DNA from: Oscillospiraceae bacterium
Lineage (GTDB): Bacteria; Bacillota; Clostridia; Oscillospirales; Oscillospiraceae
Reading direction: 5' to 3'
NCBI GenBank assembly: GCA_024404215.1
Contig: JAKSQI010000001.1
Coordinates: 1 to 33,222, forward strand
DNA: 33,222 bases
Shown here: piece by piece, positions 7,966-16,558 of the stretch
Layout of the letters: every line of letters starts with the position of its first letter
How positions within the stretch are numbered: position 1 is the first letter of the stretch
Program-made: the position numbers and the translations under genes
Notes under the pieces: model-generated
Seen by the model: only the letters and a program-made list of their open reading frames with translations
What the model was told of the DNA's origin: nothing
The model's database searches: none

Positions 7966-8760
7966 TTAGTTGCCGTTAAATACGGGCTTTTCCTTGGCGC
8001 GGAAGGCCTTAACGGCACCGCGGAAGTCATTGGAGTCCATCAGGGACATGCTCAGGTCATATTCCTTCAGGTAAGCAGCCTCGTCGCCGAAGTTGCGCTG
8101 GATACGCAGCTGCTCCTTCAAGCCCTGAACGGCCAGGGGGGCCTTCTCACAGAGCTGCCCAACAAGGGCCTTGATTTCGGCATCAAAGTCAGCCAAGGGG
8201 AAAATCTTGTTAACAAAGCCCCACTTCTGGGCTTCTTCGGCCCGCATGCGCTCGCAGAAGAAAATCAGCTCCATGAAGCGGTGATAGGGGATGTGCTTGT
8301 GCAGGGTCATGGCACCGCCGCAGCCGGGAACCAGACCAATGTTGAACTCAGGCAGAACGAACTTGGCGTTATCGGCGCAGTAAACCAAATCGCAGCACAT
8401 GGCAAACTCAAAGCCGGCACCGGCGCAGGCACCCTTAACGGCGGCTACTATAATCTTGTTGCTGGCATAAAGGGCATCGCGGACCTTTTTGCCAATCTGC
8501 CACTGCACAATGCGGTCGTCACTGGTCTTGATATCATCCAGCATTTCCATGCTCAGACCGGCGGAGAAGAACTTGTCGCCGTCACCGCGCAGAACGATAA
8601 CGCGGCAGGTGGGGTCATCCTGAACGCTGAGAACGGCATCCAGAATGGTCTGGCGCATTTCAACGGTAAAGCTGTTGGCAGCGTCAGTGTTGCTGATGGT
8701 GAGGTAGAGAGCACCGGGCTGGTCCTCAGGACGCTCAACAATAACTCTTGCTTCGGACAT
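7966..8760 (-). CDS. enoyl-CoA hydratase/isomerase (crotonase) family protein
   Basis: RVIVLRGDGDKFFSAGLS and AAVKGACAGAGFEFAMCCD, the oxyanion-hole motifs of the crotonase fold. Confidence 0.88.
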   Translation of the reverse strand: MSEARVIVERPEDQPGALYLTISNTDAANSFTVEMRQTILDAVLSVQDDPTCRVIVLRGDGDKFFSAGLSMEMLDDIKTSDDRIVQWQIGKKVRDALYASNKIIVAAVKGACAGAGFEFAMCCDLVYCADNAKFVLPEFNIGLVPGCGGAMTLHKHIPYHRFMELIFFCERMRAEEAQKWGFVNKIFPLADFDAEIKALVGQLCEKAPLAVQGLKEQLRIQRNFGDEAAYLKEYDLSMSLMDSNDFRGAVKAFRAKEKPVFNGN

Positions 8761-8809
8761 GGGAATTACCTCCTGTTATATAAATAGTGAATACTATGGA
8801 TTCGCTTGC

Positions 8810-10219
8810 TTAAGCCTCGGCAGCGGCTTTAGCCTTGGCTGTGATGCCTTTGGTTTTCCAGCGGCCAATCCGATAATATACCAGAGTGGCAGCTGCATTG
8901 ATGACAACCGCTATGCCCAAACCCCAGAAGCTGCTGCGGGGGTCGCCCACCGGATGGGCCGGGCTTCGGGTAAGGTAGGCAATGAGATAGGCGGCGGGGA
9001 TGCGGATGACCGTTTGGGTAACCAGAGAAATCCACATGGGGCCCATGGCATCTCCGGCACCGCGGATAACACCGCCGAAGCTTTGACCGATGGCCATGAC
9101 CAGATACACCGGAATCATGGCAAAAATCAGCTGATAGCCCAGGTCAATCAGCTCCTGTGTTGTAGTGAAAAGTCCAATCATCCATTTACCGAACAGTATC
9201 ATAAGCGCAATCATGGTGAGAGAAACGGTCAAGCTCATGACAAAAACGGTGCGACAGCCTTGTTTAACCCGGTCCATGCGGCCGGCGCCAACATTTTGGC
9301 CGGTAAAGGTGGAGGCACTCATATTGAAGGTGGTGCTGGGAATCATGGCGAAAGCATCCACACGCAGCATAGCCGTGATGGCGGCAGTTACCATATAGCC
9401 CATGGCATTGTTCAGCCGCTGGATAACGATAGTGGAGAGCCACATAATGGCTTGAGCAATACCGTTAGGCAGGCCCAAACGGCAGACCGTGCCAACAACA
9501 TCCTTTTTCAAAAGCAGGCTGCGAAAATTCAGCCGGAAATAGCGGCGGCTCATAACAACCTTAACCAGACAGACAATGGCAGATAAAGTTTGGCCAATGA
9601 TAGTAGCATAGGCGGCGCCGGCAATGCCAAAGCCAAGTCCGGCTACAAACCAAATATCCAGAACGATATTCAGCAGCATGGTGCCCAGGAGAACCAGAAG
9701 AGGAAACACGGATTCCCCCATGCCCCTGAGAATGCCGGACATGATGTTATAAAAGCCATTGCCGGCCAAGCCGGCCAGGCAAATCAGCATATAGGTCCTG
9801 CCCATGTCGTAGCTTTCCACCGGTGCCTTAATGGCGTGGAGCATCCAGTCCAGACCCAGCAGACCAAAGGTGGTCAGTACTATGGACACCAAGGCAATTA
9901 GGGTAATGCTATTGCCAACACTGGTTTCCAGCTTGTCGTATTCCTGGGCACCAAAGTACTGAGAAACCATAACCATAACGCCGGAACCGATGGCAATAAA
10001 AAGCACCAAAAACAGATTTAAAATGGGGGAGGTAACACCAATGGCGCTGAGGGCCGCGTCACCGCAGTAGCGGCCTACCACAATGCTGTCAACAGTGCTG
10101 TAGGCCAGCTGAGCCAGGTTGCCCATCAGCAGGGGAACGGAAAACATGAGCAGACAGGTCAGGGGAGCCCCCTGGGTCATATCCTGTGCGCCGAAAAGAT
10201 GTTTGAATTTTGTCAGCAT
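8810..10219 (-). CDS. MATE family efflux transporter
   Basis: 12-TM profile. The start at 10219 aligns with the paralogue's N-terminus (MLTKFKHLFGAQD vs MNSVLTNFKKLFQGQD). It overlaps the upstream stop as ATGCTGA. The track start at 10270 is an alternative. Confidence 0.85.
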   Translation of the reverse strand: MLTKFKHLFGAQDMTQGAPLTCLLMFSVPLLMGNLAQLAYSTVDSIVVGRYCGDAALSAIGVTSPILNLFLVLFIAIGSGVMVMVSQYFGAQEYDKLETSVGNSITLIALVSIVLTTFGLLGLDWMLHAIKAPVESYDMGRTYMLICLAGLAGNGFYNIMSGILRGMGESVFPLLVLLGTMLLNIVLDIWFVAGLGFGIAGAAYATIIGQTLSAIVCLVKVVMSRRYFRLNFRSLLLKKDVVGTVCRLGLPNGIAQAIMWLSTIVIQRLNNAMGYMVTAAITAMLRVDAFAMIPSTTFNMSASTFTGQNVGAGRMDRVKQGCRTVFVMSLTVSLTMIALMILFGKWMIGLFTTTQELIDLGYQLIFAMIPVYLVMAIGQSFGGVIRGAGDAMGPMWISLVTQTVIRIPAAYLIAYLTRSPAHPVGDPRSSFWGLGIAVVINAAATLVYYRIGRWKTKGITAKAKAAAEA

Positions 10220-11637
10220 GGCAATCGCTCTTCTTCCTGCTTGCGGGAGATAACCGCCTTTGTTTTCCACCTTCCTCGGGAGAATACAATTAAGGTGAGA
10301 ATGGTCTGGATGGCCATGCAGATGTCCATAGCAACGGAGTTAGAGTATGGGTGTCCCGCAGGCCAGAGAACACTTTTTGACACTGTAACGGCCAAAAGGG
10401 TGATAGGAATTCGAACAAAAACATTGCCTACCATGGAAATCCACATGGGGGAAACGGCGTCGCCGGCTCCGCGCATAATACCGCCGAAGACCTCGGAAAT
10501 GGCAATCATAATATAACCGGGAATCATAATCAGAATGAAACGATAGCCCATGTCAATAACCTCTTCCGTGGAGGTGAAGAGGCCCAGCATCCGCTTGCCC
10601 AAAGCAAGAATCACACAAACCATCACAGCAGAGAAGCAGACCCCCAGAAGCAGGCTCTGACGGGAGCCTTTCGTAACACGGTCCGGCTTTCCGGCACCGG
10701 TATTCTGGCCGGTAAAGGTGCTGGCAGAGGCGCCGAAGGTTTGACAGGGGATAACGGCAAAGCTGTCCACCTTCATCATGGCAGTGTAGGAGGCGGCCAC
10801 CAAAACGCCCATGCGGTTCATCATGCCCTGTACTACAATAGCGGCGATAAAAATCATGCCCTGGGTCATGCCGCTGGGAATGCCCAGACGGCAGATGTTT
10901 CGAACAATGGGAGCCCGCAGGCGAAGATGAGCGGGCTTCAAATGAATGTGACCCCGAACCCGCAGAACCTTGATAATCAAAATAATGGCACTGGCGGTTT
11001 TGGCGATGGTGGTAGCCCATGCGGCACCGGCAACACCCATACCTAACCCGGCTACAAACCAAACGTCCAAAATTGTGTTTAATATGGTGCAGAAAAGCAG
11101 AATCAGCAGGGGGAAGACGCTGTCACCCATGCCGCGCAGAACGCCGGACATGATGTTGTAGAAGCCGTCACCAGCCACACCGATGAAGCAGACAACCAGA
11201 TAGACCCTGGCCATTTCGTAGCTTTCCTGGGGTATGTTAATCAAACGCAGGGCCGGACCGGCCAAAGCAATGCCGGCGATGGTCAAAACCACGGAGGCAC
11301 CGGCAATCAGGGTAATGGAATTGCCGATGGATGCCTCCAGCATGCCATACTCACGGGCACCGAAATACTGGGATACCAGAATGCAGACGCCGGCACCAAT
11401 GGCCATGAAGACCACAAGAAAGAGAATCAAAATAGGGGAGGCGGAGCCCAAAGCGGCCAGAGCCGCATCACCCACATATTTTCCGATGACAATGCTGTCT
11501 ACGGTGTTGTAGAGCAGCTGGGCAATGTTACCAATCAACAGGGGAATAGAAAACATAATCAGGCAGCGGAAGGTGTTACCCACGGTCAGATCCTGCCCTT
11601 GAAAAAGCTTTTTAAAATTCGTCAGCACAGAGTTCAC
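10213..11637 (-). CDS. MATE family efflux transporter (tandem paralogue)
   Basis: 474 aa, collinear similarity with the downstream MATE gene. Confidence 0.88.
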   Translation of the reverse strand: MNSVLTNFKKLFQGQDLTVGNTFRCLIMFSIPLLIGNIAQLLYNTVDSIVIGKYVGDAALAALGSASPILILFLVVFMAIGAGVCILVSQYFGAREYGMLEASIGNSITLIAGASVVLTIAGIALAGPALRLINIPQESYEMARVYLVVCFIGVAGDGFYNIMSGVLRGMGDSVFPLLILLFCTILNTILDVWFVAGLGMGVAGAAWATTIAKTASAIILIIKVLRVRGHIHLKPAHLRLRAPIVRNICRLGIPSGMTQGMIFIAAIVVQGMMNRMGVLVAASYTAMMKVDSFAVIPCQTFGASASTFTGQNTGAGKPDRVTKGSRQSLLLGVCFSAVMVCVILALGKRMLGLFTSTEEVIDMGYRFILIMIPGYIMIAISEVFGGIMRGAGDAVSPMWISMVGNVFVRIPITLLAVTVSKSVLWPAGHPYSNSVAMDICMAIQTILTLIVFSRGRWKTKAVISRKQEEERLPC

Positions 11638-11680
11638 TCCGATTTCTTTTCTTTACTCAAATTCGTACATTTAGCAAATC

Positions 11681-11710
11681 ATTATAGCACGGAAGCCGGG
11701 GATAATACAA
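11681..11710 (-). promoter_or_regulatory. sigma-A promoter of the MATE-MATE-crotonase operon
   Basis: On the minus strand, TTGTAT, an 18-nt spacer, then TATAAT preceded by TGc (extended -10). Confidence 0.6.
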
Positions 11711-11714
11711 GGGA

Positions 11715-11752
11715 AAGGCAGAAAGAAATCCCCGCAGCCGGGCTGCGGGGAT
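11715..11752 (-). terminator. intrinsic terminator after the rhomboid gene
   Basis: ATCCCCGCAGC-CGG-GCTGCGGGGAT hairpin. The minus strand continues TTCTTTCTGCCTTTCCC. Confidence 0.7.
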
Positions 11753-11765
11753 GAAAGCCGGAATC

Positions 11766-12359
11766 TCAGGAATGGTAACGCCTACGACTGTTGCTGCCCC
11801 GGCCGCCGGTATAGTAAACGTTGCCGATAATTACACCGCAGACACCGCCCAGAATATGGGTCAGCTGAGAGATGTTATCCTTGGTAAAAATGCCGTCAAT
11901 AACCTGCTGGCCCAGGTACAGCGCCAGTACCACCAGCATGGTCAGAGGAATACTGCCGGAGCTGCGGCCGGTCATGGACAGCATAACAATCAGCATAAAG
12001 ACGATGCCGCTTGCCCCCAGTAGGGCGGATCCGGGAAAGAAAATGAATTGAACCAGTCCGGTAGAAAGGGCGGTGACAGCCATGGCCAGCAGCAGCCTCT
12101 TGCTGCCAAAGCGCTCCTCCAGGGGAGGGCCAACAACCAGCATCAGCAGAATATTGCCCATATAGTGGGACATGCTGCTGTGACCAAGGACGTGCAGGAA
12201 AAATCGGGGATAGGTCAAAGGGTCACGCAGAGAGGAACGATAAACACAGAAAAGCCTGGCGGTGGATGCGCCGGCGGTCAGCTTGTCCAAGCCAAGAATT
12301 GCCAGGCAGAGCAGGGCAAAGGTTAGGATAACGGGGGAATTGTAACGAATCTTTTTCAT
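11766..12359 (-). CDS. rhomboid family intramembrane serine protease
   Basis: LLGASGIVF (GxSG catalytic Ser) and THILGGVCGVIIG (His helix). It is a multi-TM protein. Confidence 0.85.
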   Translation of the reverse strand: MKKIRYNSPVILTFALLCLAILGLDKLTAGASTARLFCVYRSSLRDPLTYPRFFLHVLGHSSMSHYMGNILLMLVVGPPLEERFGSKRLLLAMAVTALSTGLVQFIFFPGSALLGASGIVFMLIVMLSMTGRSSGSIPLTMLVVLALYLGQQVIDGIFTKDNISQLTHILGGVCGVIIGNVYYTGGRGSNSRRRYHS

Positions 12360-12520
12360 TCTTAAGAAGCTCCTTACGGGATTTTCCCGTGATTGCTATG
12401 GCACAGAAGGGGAAACTATGCTACAATGTCAAGTAACATAATCAGCGCTGAATTTTACTGTTAGTATACTCTAAAAGGGTGTTGTTTGTAAACCGCAGCA
12501 TAGGAAACAGGAGTGATTGC

Positions 12521-14920
12521 ATGTATACTTTTCCGACCGTAACAGAGCGAATTGCCCGTCTGCGTAAGCGCTATCGCGATGAGCTTCCCGGCTTTGACAG
12601 TGAGCGTGTGCGTATTGTAACCGAGTATTATCAAGCTCATCCTCACGAGAACCAGATGATGCGCCGGGCCAATGCCATGTATAAGATTCTGGAAGGGGTG
12701 CCCCTGCGTATTGAGCCGGATGAGCTGTTGGTCGGTAATTCCGGGAAGTATTATAAGGGAAGCATGCTTTTTCCCGAGTATAATGACCTTAGCTGGCTTC
12801 CCCGGGAAATTGCCAGCGGCAAGTTTGACAACCGCACCCTTCAGGAAGCCCGCTGCTTTATGTCTCAGGAGGACCGGGACTATATCTGTGGTGTAGTTGA
12901 CTATTGGCAGGACCACAACGCCAATGCTCTGTCCCATTTTGAAATGACCCCGGAGCAGGAAGCGGTCTGTGCCTCCGGTGCCCTTTCCTTTGGCCCCTAC
13001 AGCCGCAATGAGGTTCACGGCCATTACAATGCCAACTACCGCAAGGTAGTGGAAAAGGGCTTTACGGCAATCAAAGCTGAGGCCGAGGCAGAACTTGAAA
13101 AGCTGAACCATAATATCGGCGGACAGGATGCGGAGAAGTGGTTCTTCTACCGGGCGGTCAGCATTTGCTGTGATGCTGCCATCCTTTTTTCCCGACGCTA
13201 TGCGGCCCTGGCTAGAGAAATGGCAGCAACCGCGGAGGAGCCCCGGAAGGCAGAATTGCTGGAAATTGCGGAACGGATGGACTGGATTATGGCGAACCCC
13301 TGCCGTAATTATAAGGATGCCCTCCAGGCAGTCCTGCTCTACCATCTCATTCTTGCCTATGAAGGCAGCCTGCTGGGGCTGACGGTTGGCCGTTTGGATG
13401 GTCATGTGGGTGACTATCTCCACCGGGATTTGGAAAATGGCGACATTACCATGGCGGAAGCCCAGGAATACATGGATTGCTTCTGCCTAAAGGTGGCGGA
13501 AATCATTATCAGCGGTCCGGCAGAGTTCATGACCGTTGCCGGTGCCTACAGCGACAACATGCGTCTGACCTTGGCAGGACGCAAGGCGGATGGCAGCGAT
13601 GCTTCCTGCGAGGCAACCTATTTAGTACTTAATACCATGGCCCGGCTGAAGCTGCATGACCCCAACATCAGCCTGTGTGTTCACGACGATATTCCGGATT
13701 CCCTTTGGGAGGCGGCAGTGGAAACCAACCGAGTCTGCGGCGGTAATCCGACACTGGATAATGCGGACCTGTTGATTGAAATGCTGCTTAAGCGCGGCCT
13801 GTCACTGGAGGATGCCCGCAACTTCTGTATCATCGGATGTGTGGAGCTGTCCGGCAGCGGCTGCGATTTTTCCAATGTATCCGGCCCCTTCAGTAAGGCT
13901 TTCTTTATTATGCCCCAGGTGGTTGTTCAGGCCATTAACAACGGCAGATGCCCTCAGAACGGCATCCAAAGCGGTCCGGCTACCGGCTATCTGTATGAAA
14001 TGGAAACCTTTGAAGACTTTAAGCGGGCCTTTGCCGCCCAATTGGCTTGGTTTATGGACTGGCATCACACCTTAAGCGTATTAACCGAGTACATGGGCAA
14101 CGCCATGGTGCCCAACCCCATGGCTTCCGCTACCATAGACGGATGCATGGAGTCCGGCCGGGATATGATGGTGGGCGGTGCCAAGTACAATTCCTGCGGT
14201 TTTGCCGTCAAGGGATTGGGCACAGCCATTGATAGCCTGGCAGCGGTTCGCTATTTGGTGTATGACAAAAAGCTGTGCACGGCCCGGGAGCTTTACGATG
14301 CCCTGCTGAACAATTGGGAAGGCTGCGAAAGTCTGCGCCAGGCCGCCAAAAACGCGCCGGCCTTCGGAAATGCGGATCCTTATGTGGATGAGCTGGCTTC
14401 CTGGCTTTCGGATATGTTCTCACAGCGGGTAAGCGGCTATACCGGTCCCCGGGGGCCTTTCCAGGCCGGTGCCTATTCAGCCGGCGGCCATGTGGCCAGC
14501 GGTTATCGCGTTCCGGCAACTCCCAACGGCAGAAGGAGCGGTGAGGCACTGTCGGATGGCGCTTCCCCTACCCAGGGCGCTGACCGCTGCGGTCCTACCG
14601 GTGTTGCCGGCAGCATTCTTGCCCTTCACCCGGAGCGCTACTGGAACGGCATTCAGTTTAACATGAAGTTCCATCCCTCCTGCGTTCAGGGGCAGGAAGG
14701 CATTGAAAAGATGCGCAGCTTTGTCCAGTCCTTTTTCCGCATGGGAGGTACTCAGGTGCAGTATAACATTGTCAGCTCCGATACCCTGCGCAAGGCACAG
14801 GCTAACCCGGATGAATATCGGGATTTAGTGGTTCGCGTGGCTGGTTTTTCTGCCTTCTTTGTGGAGCTGGTACCCGATCTGCAGAATGACTTGATTCGAC
14901 GGACAGAAGTAATGATGTAA
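12521..14920 (+). CDS. glycyl radical enzyme (PFL2 / 1,2-eliminase-like family), substrate unknown
   Basis: C-terminal glycyl radical motif VVRVAGFSAFFVEL and a Cys loop IIGCVELSG. The ATG at 12521 lies 6 nt after AGGAG. The track start at 12479 (GTG) lacks an RBS. Confidence 0.9.
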   Translation: MYTFPTVTERIARLRKRYRDELPGFDSERVRIVTEYYQAHPHENQMMRRANAMYKILEGVPLRIEPDELLVGNSGKYYKGSMLFPEYNDLSWLPREIASGKFDNRTLQEARCFMSQEDRDYICGVVDYWQDHNANALSHFEMTPEQEAVCASGALSFGPYSRNEVHGHYNANYRKVVEKGFTAIKAEAEAELEKLNHNIGGQDAEKWFFYRAVSICCDAAILFSRRYAALAREMAATAEEPRKAELLEIAERMDWIMANPCRNYKDALQAVLLYHLILAYEGSLLGLTVGRLDGHVGDYLHRDLENGDITMAEAQEYMDCFCLKVAEIIISGPAEFMTVAGAYSDNMRLTLAGRKADGSDASCEATYLVLNTMARLKLHDPNISLCVHDDIPDSLWEAAVETNRVCGGNPTLDNADLLIEMLLKRGLSLEDARNFCIIGCVELSGSGCDFSNVSGPFSKAFFIMPQVVVQAINNGRCPQNGIQSGPATGYLYEMETFEDFKRAFAAQLAWFMDWHHTLSVLTEYMGNAMVPNPMASATIDGCMESGRDMMVGGAKYNSCGFAVKGLGTAIDSLAAVRYLVYDKKLCTARELYDALLNNWEGCESLRQAAKNAPAFGNADPYVDELASWLSDMFSQRVSGYTGPRGPFQAGAYSAGGHVASGYRVPATPNGRRSGEALSDGASPTQGADRCGPTGVAGSILALHPERYWNGIQFNMKFHPSCVQGQEGIEKMRSFVQSFFRMGGTQVQYNIVSSDTLRKAQANPDEYRDLVVRVAGFSAFFVELVPDLQNDLIRRTEVMM

Positions 14921-15016
14921 ACAACCTGAAGGTTGTAAAAGATAGTGCGCCTGCTTCTTTCCCTTTATCCCGGAAGTGGGGTATAATACGGCTACTGAAC
15001 AAAGGAGAGGAACCCT

Positions 15017-15826
15017 ATGTCAAAAGTATTTGTCATTGATATTGCCCGATGCAGCGGCTGCTATAACTGCCAGCTGGCCTGTAAAGACGAGCATTGCTAT
15101 AACGACTGGATGCCTTATGCCAAGCCCCAGCCGGAAATCGGCCAGTTTTGGTGCAAGGTGCACGAGCACCCGGAGGGAACCATTCCCAAGGTAAAAATCC
15201 ATTATGTGTCCCAGCTTTGCGGTCACTGTGACAAGCCGGCCTGTTTGGAGGCCTGTTCCCATGGTGCCGTTTCCAAGCGGGAGGACGGCTTGGTCCTTAT
15301 TGATCCTGCGAAGTGCCAGGGGTGTGGGGCCTGCATGGAAGCCTGCCCCTATGACGCCATTTATAAGAACGATGCATTGAATATCTGCCAAAAGTGTACC
15401 GGCTGTGCTCATCTGCTGGATAACGGCTCCAAGCTGCCCCGCTGCGTGGAGGCCTGCCCCACCGACGCCATGCGTTTCGGTGAGAAGCAAGACTTTGCCC
15501 AGGAGCTGGAGCGGGCTCTGGTGCTGCACCCGGAGACGGCCCCGAATGTGTATTACCTGAACATGCCCGGGCGCTTCCTGGCCGGCACCCTCTTTGACCC
15601 GGTGGAGCAGGAGGTTCTCATTGGTGCCAAGGTGACCTGCGTGGGTGAAGGCCTGACCCTTGAGACGGAAACCGATGATTTTGGTGATTATTGGTTTAAG
15701 AATCTGCCGGATAACGGCGTCTTTACCGTTACGGCAAAAATGCCCGGCTACAGGGATTTGGTCTTTGAGCAGGTCAGCACAGAAAAAAGCCTGAATTTGG
15801 GGGATACCCCCATGGAACGGCTGTAA
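15017..15826 (+). CDS. DmsB/NrfC-like 4x[4Fe-4S] ferredoxin fused to a carboxypeptidase-regulatory-like beta-sandwich domain
   Basis: Four Cys groups: CSGCYNCQLAC, CGHCDKPACLEAC, CQGCGACMEACP, and CQKCTGC...CVEACP. The C-terminal roughly 90 aa (GAKVTCVGEG...DYWFKNLPDNGVFTVTAKMPGY) resembles CarboxypepD_reg. No CxxxCxxC radical-SAM motif is present. Confidence 0.85.
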   Translation: MSKVFVIDIARCSGCYNCQLACKDEHCYNDWMPYAKPQPEIGQFWCKVHEHPEGTIPKVKIHYVSQLCGHCDKPACLEACSHGAVSKREDGLVLIDPAKCQGCGACMEACPYDAIYKNDALNICQKCTGCAHLLDNGSKLPRCVEACPTDAMRFGEKQDFAQELERALVLHPETAPNVYYLNMPGRFLAGTLFDPVEQEVLIGAKVTCVGEGLTLETETDDFGDYWFKNLPDNGVFTVTAKMPGYRDLVFEQVSTEKSLNLGDTPMERL

Positions 15827-15838
15827 AGAGCAATCCCG

Positions 15839-15874
15839 GAAGGGCTGTGATGGTCACAGCCCTTCTTATTTTTA
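15839..15874 (+). terminator. intrinsic terminator
   Basis: GAAGGGCTGTGA ... TCACAGCCCTTC followed by TTATTTTTA. Confidence 0.8.
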
Positions 15875-15934
15875 ATAAATAGTTGCCAAAGTGTTCATTT
15901 TAATGGTAAAAACAATAAATATGAATGATTGATA

Positions 15935-15963
15935 TTGACGACTGTCAGGCGGCGTGATAGAAT
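15935..15963 (+). promoter_or_regulatory. sigma-A promoter of the cobalamin riboswitch leader
   Basis: TTGACG, a 17-nt spacer, then TAGAAT with TGa (extended -10). Confidence 0.7.
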
Positions 15964-15984
15964 CAGCCAAATTTAATACTTGTT

Positions 15985-16180
15985 TTCAGTGCTTCATTGC
16001 ACCGCTTAGGGCGATGAAGAGAATAGAGAATCATGTGAGAACCATGGACGGGGCCGCCACTGTATGTGCTCCGGGTGTGTGCGTTGACGAAAGTCAGTCA
16101 TTGGCAAATTGCTGAGAAGGCAGCATACATCCGCCGCTTTTGCGAGGAACACGAGTCAGGAGAACTGCTGGGAATTTGAA
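15985..16180 (+). promoter_or_regulatory. cobalamin (B12) riboswitch
   Basis: GAGAATCATGTGAGAACCATGGACGGGGCCGCCACTGTA matches the GGGAA..GGTGAGAATCC..CCCGCCACTGT core. GAGTCAGGAGAACTGC at 16153-16168 matches the B12 box AGTCAGGAGACCTGC. Confidence 0.8.
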
Positions 16181-16234
16181 GGGATTTCTGTGCACGGGAC
16201 GCTGTGCAGGGACTGTTTTTGTTGCAGGAAAACG

Positions 16235-16272
16235 GCTGCGGCACAGGCTTTTGTCTGTGCCGCGGCTTTTTT
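16235..16272 (+). terminator. terminator of the cobalamin riboswitch expression platform
   Basis: GCTGCGGCACAG-N8-CTGTGCCGCGGC followed by TTTTTT. Confidence 0.8.
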
Positions 16273-16362
16273 GTATAAACCGAATTGCTGCCGGAACTGG
16301 TGGCAAGGCTGGTTTTATTACCGATTCTTTGAGAATTCCAGGCCTCTTCCTTGTTGATTTTC

Positions 16363-16407
16363 TATCCCCCCTGGGGGCTTATCAGCGAAAAGAAGAAATG
16401 GTACAAT
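16363..16407 (+). promoter_or_regulatory. C/G-tract palindrome (site 1) abutting a sigma-A promoter
   Basis: TATCCCCCCTGGGGGCTTA (16363-16381) overlaps the -35 TTATCA. A 17-nt spacer leads to TACAAT (16402-16407), which is preceded by TGg. Confidence 0.6.
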
Positions 16408-16471
16408 TCCTCTCAAAGCGATGGGGGTAAAAGCCCGCGCAAAAATTAAATCACATTGTGGCCGACTGAAC

Positions 16472-16533
16472 AACAGCAGGCTTACCTAAAGTATCACCCT
16501 CGGGGGTGGTGTTGGGTAAGCCTGCTGTTTTTT
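16472..16533 (+). terminator. leader terminator (attenuator) upstream of the methyltransferase gene
   Basis: A 15-bp stem, AACAGCAGGCTTACC with GGTAAGCCTGCTGTT, encloses a CACCC/GGGTG inner hairpin. TTTTTT follows. It ends 25 nt before the ATG. Confidence 0.75.
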
Positions 16534-16558
16534 GGTTATCGCGGGATGGAGGAAACAG

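Noticed and set aside
12461-13423. 320-aa ORF on the minus strand
   Set aside because: It is entirely antisense to the glycyl radical enzyme gene and has no RBS. Its composition looks like a mirror-frame artefact of a GC-rich gene.
15017-15826. Ferredoxin gene as the glycyl-radical activating enzyme
   Set aside because: It lacks the radical-SAM CxxxCxxC motif. All four Cys groups are ferredoxin-type CxxCxxCxxxC(P), as in DmsB/NrfC.
16410-16535. Second leader (and the 23585-23700 leader) as NiCo/czcD-type or other known riboswitches
   Set aside because: I could not find the conserved cores of the NiCo, SAM, T-box, lysine or cobalamin classes. They are reported only as unknown attenuator leaders.
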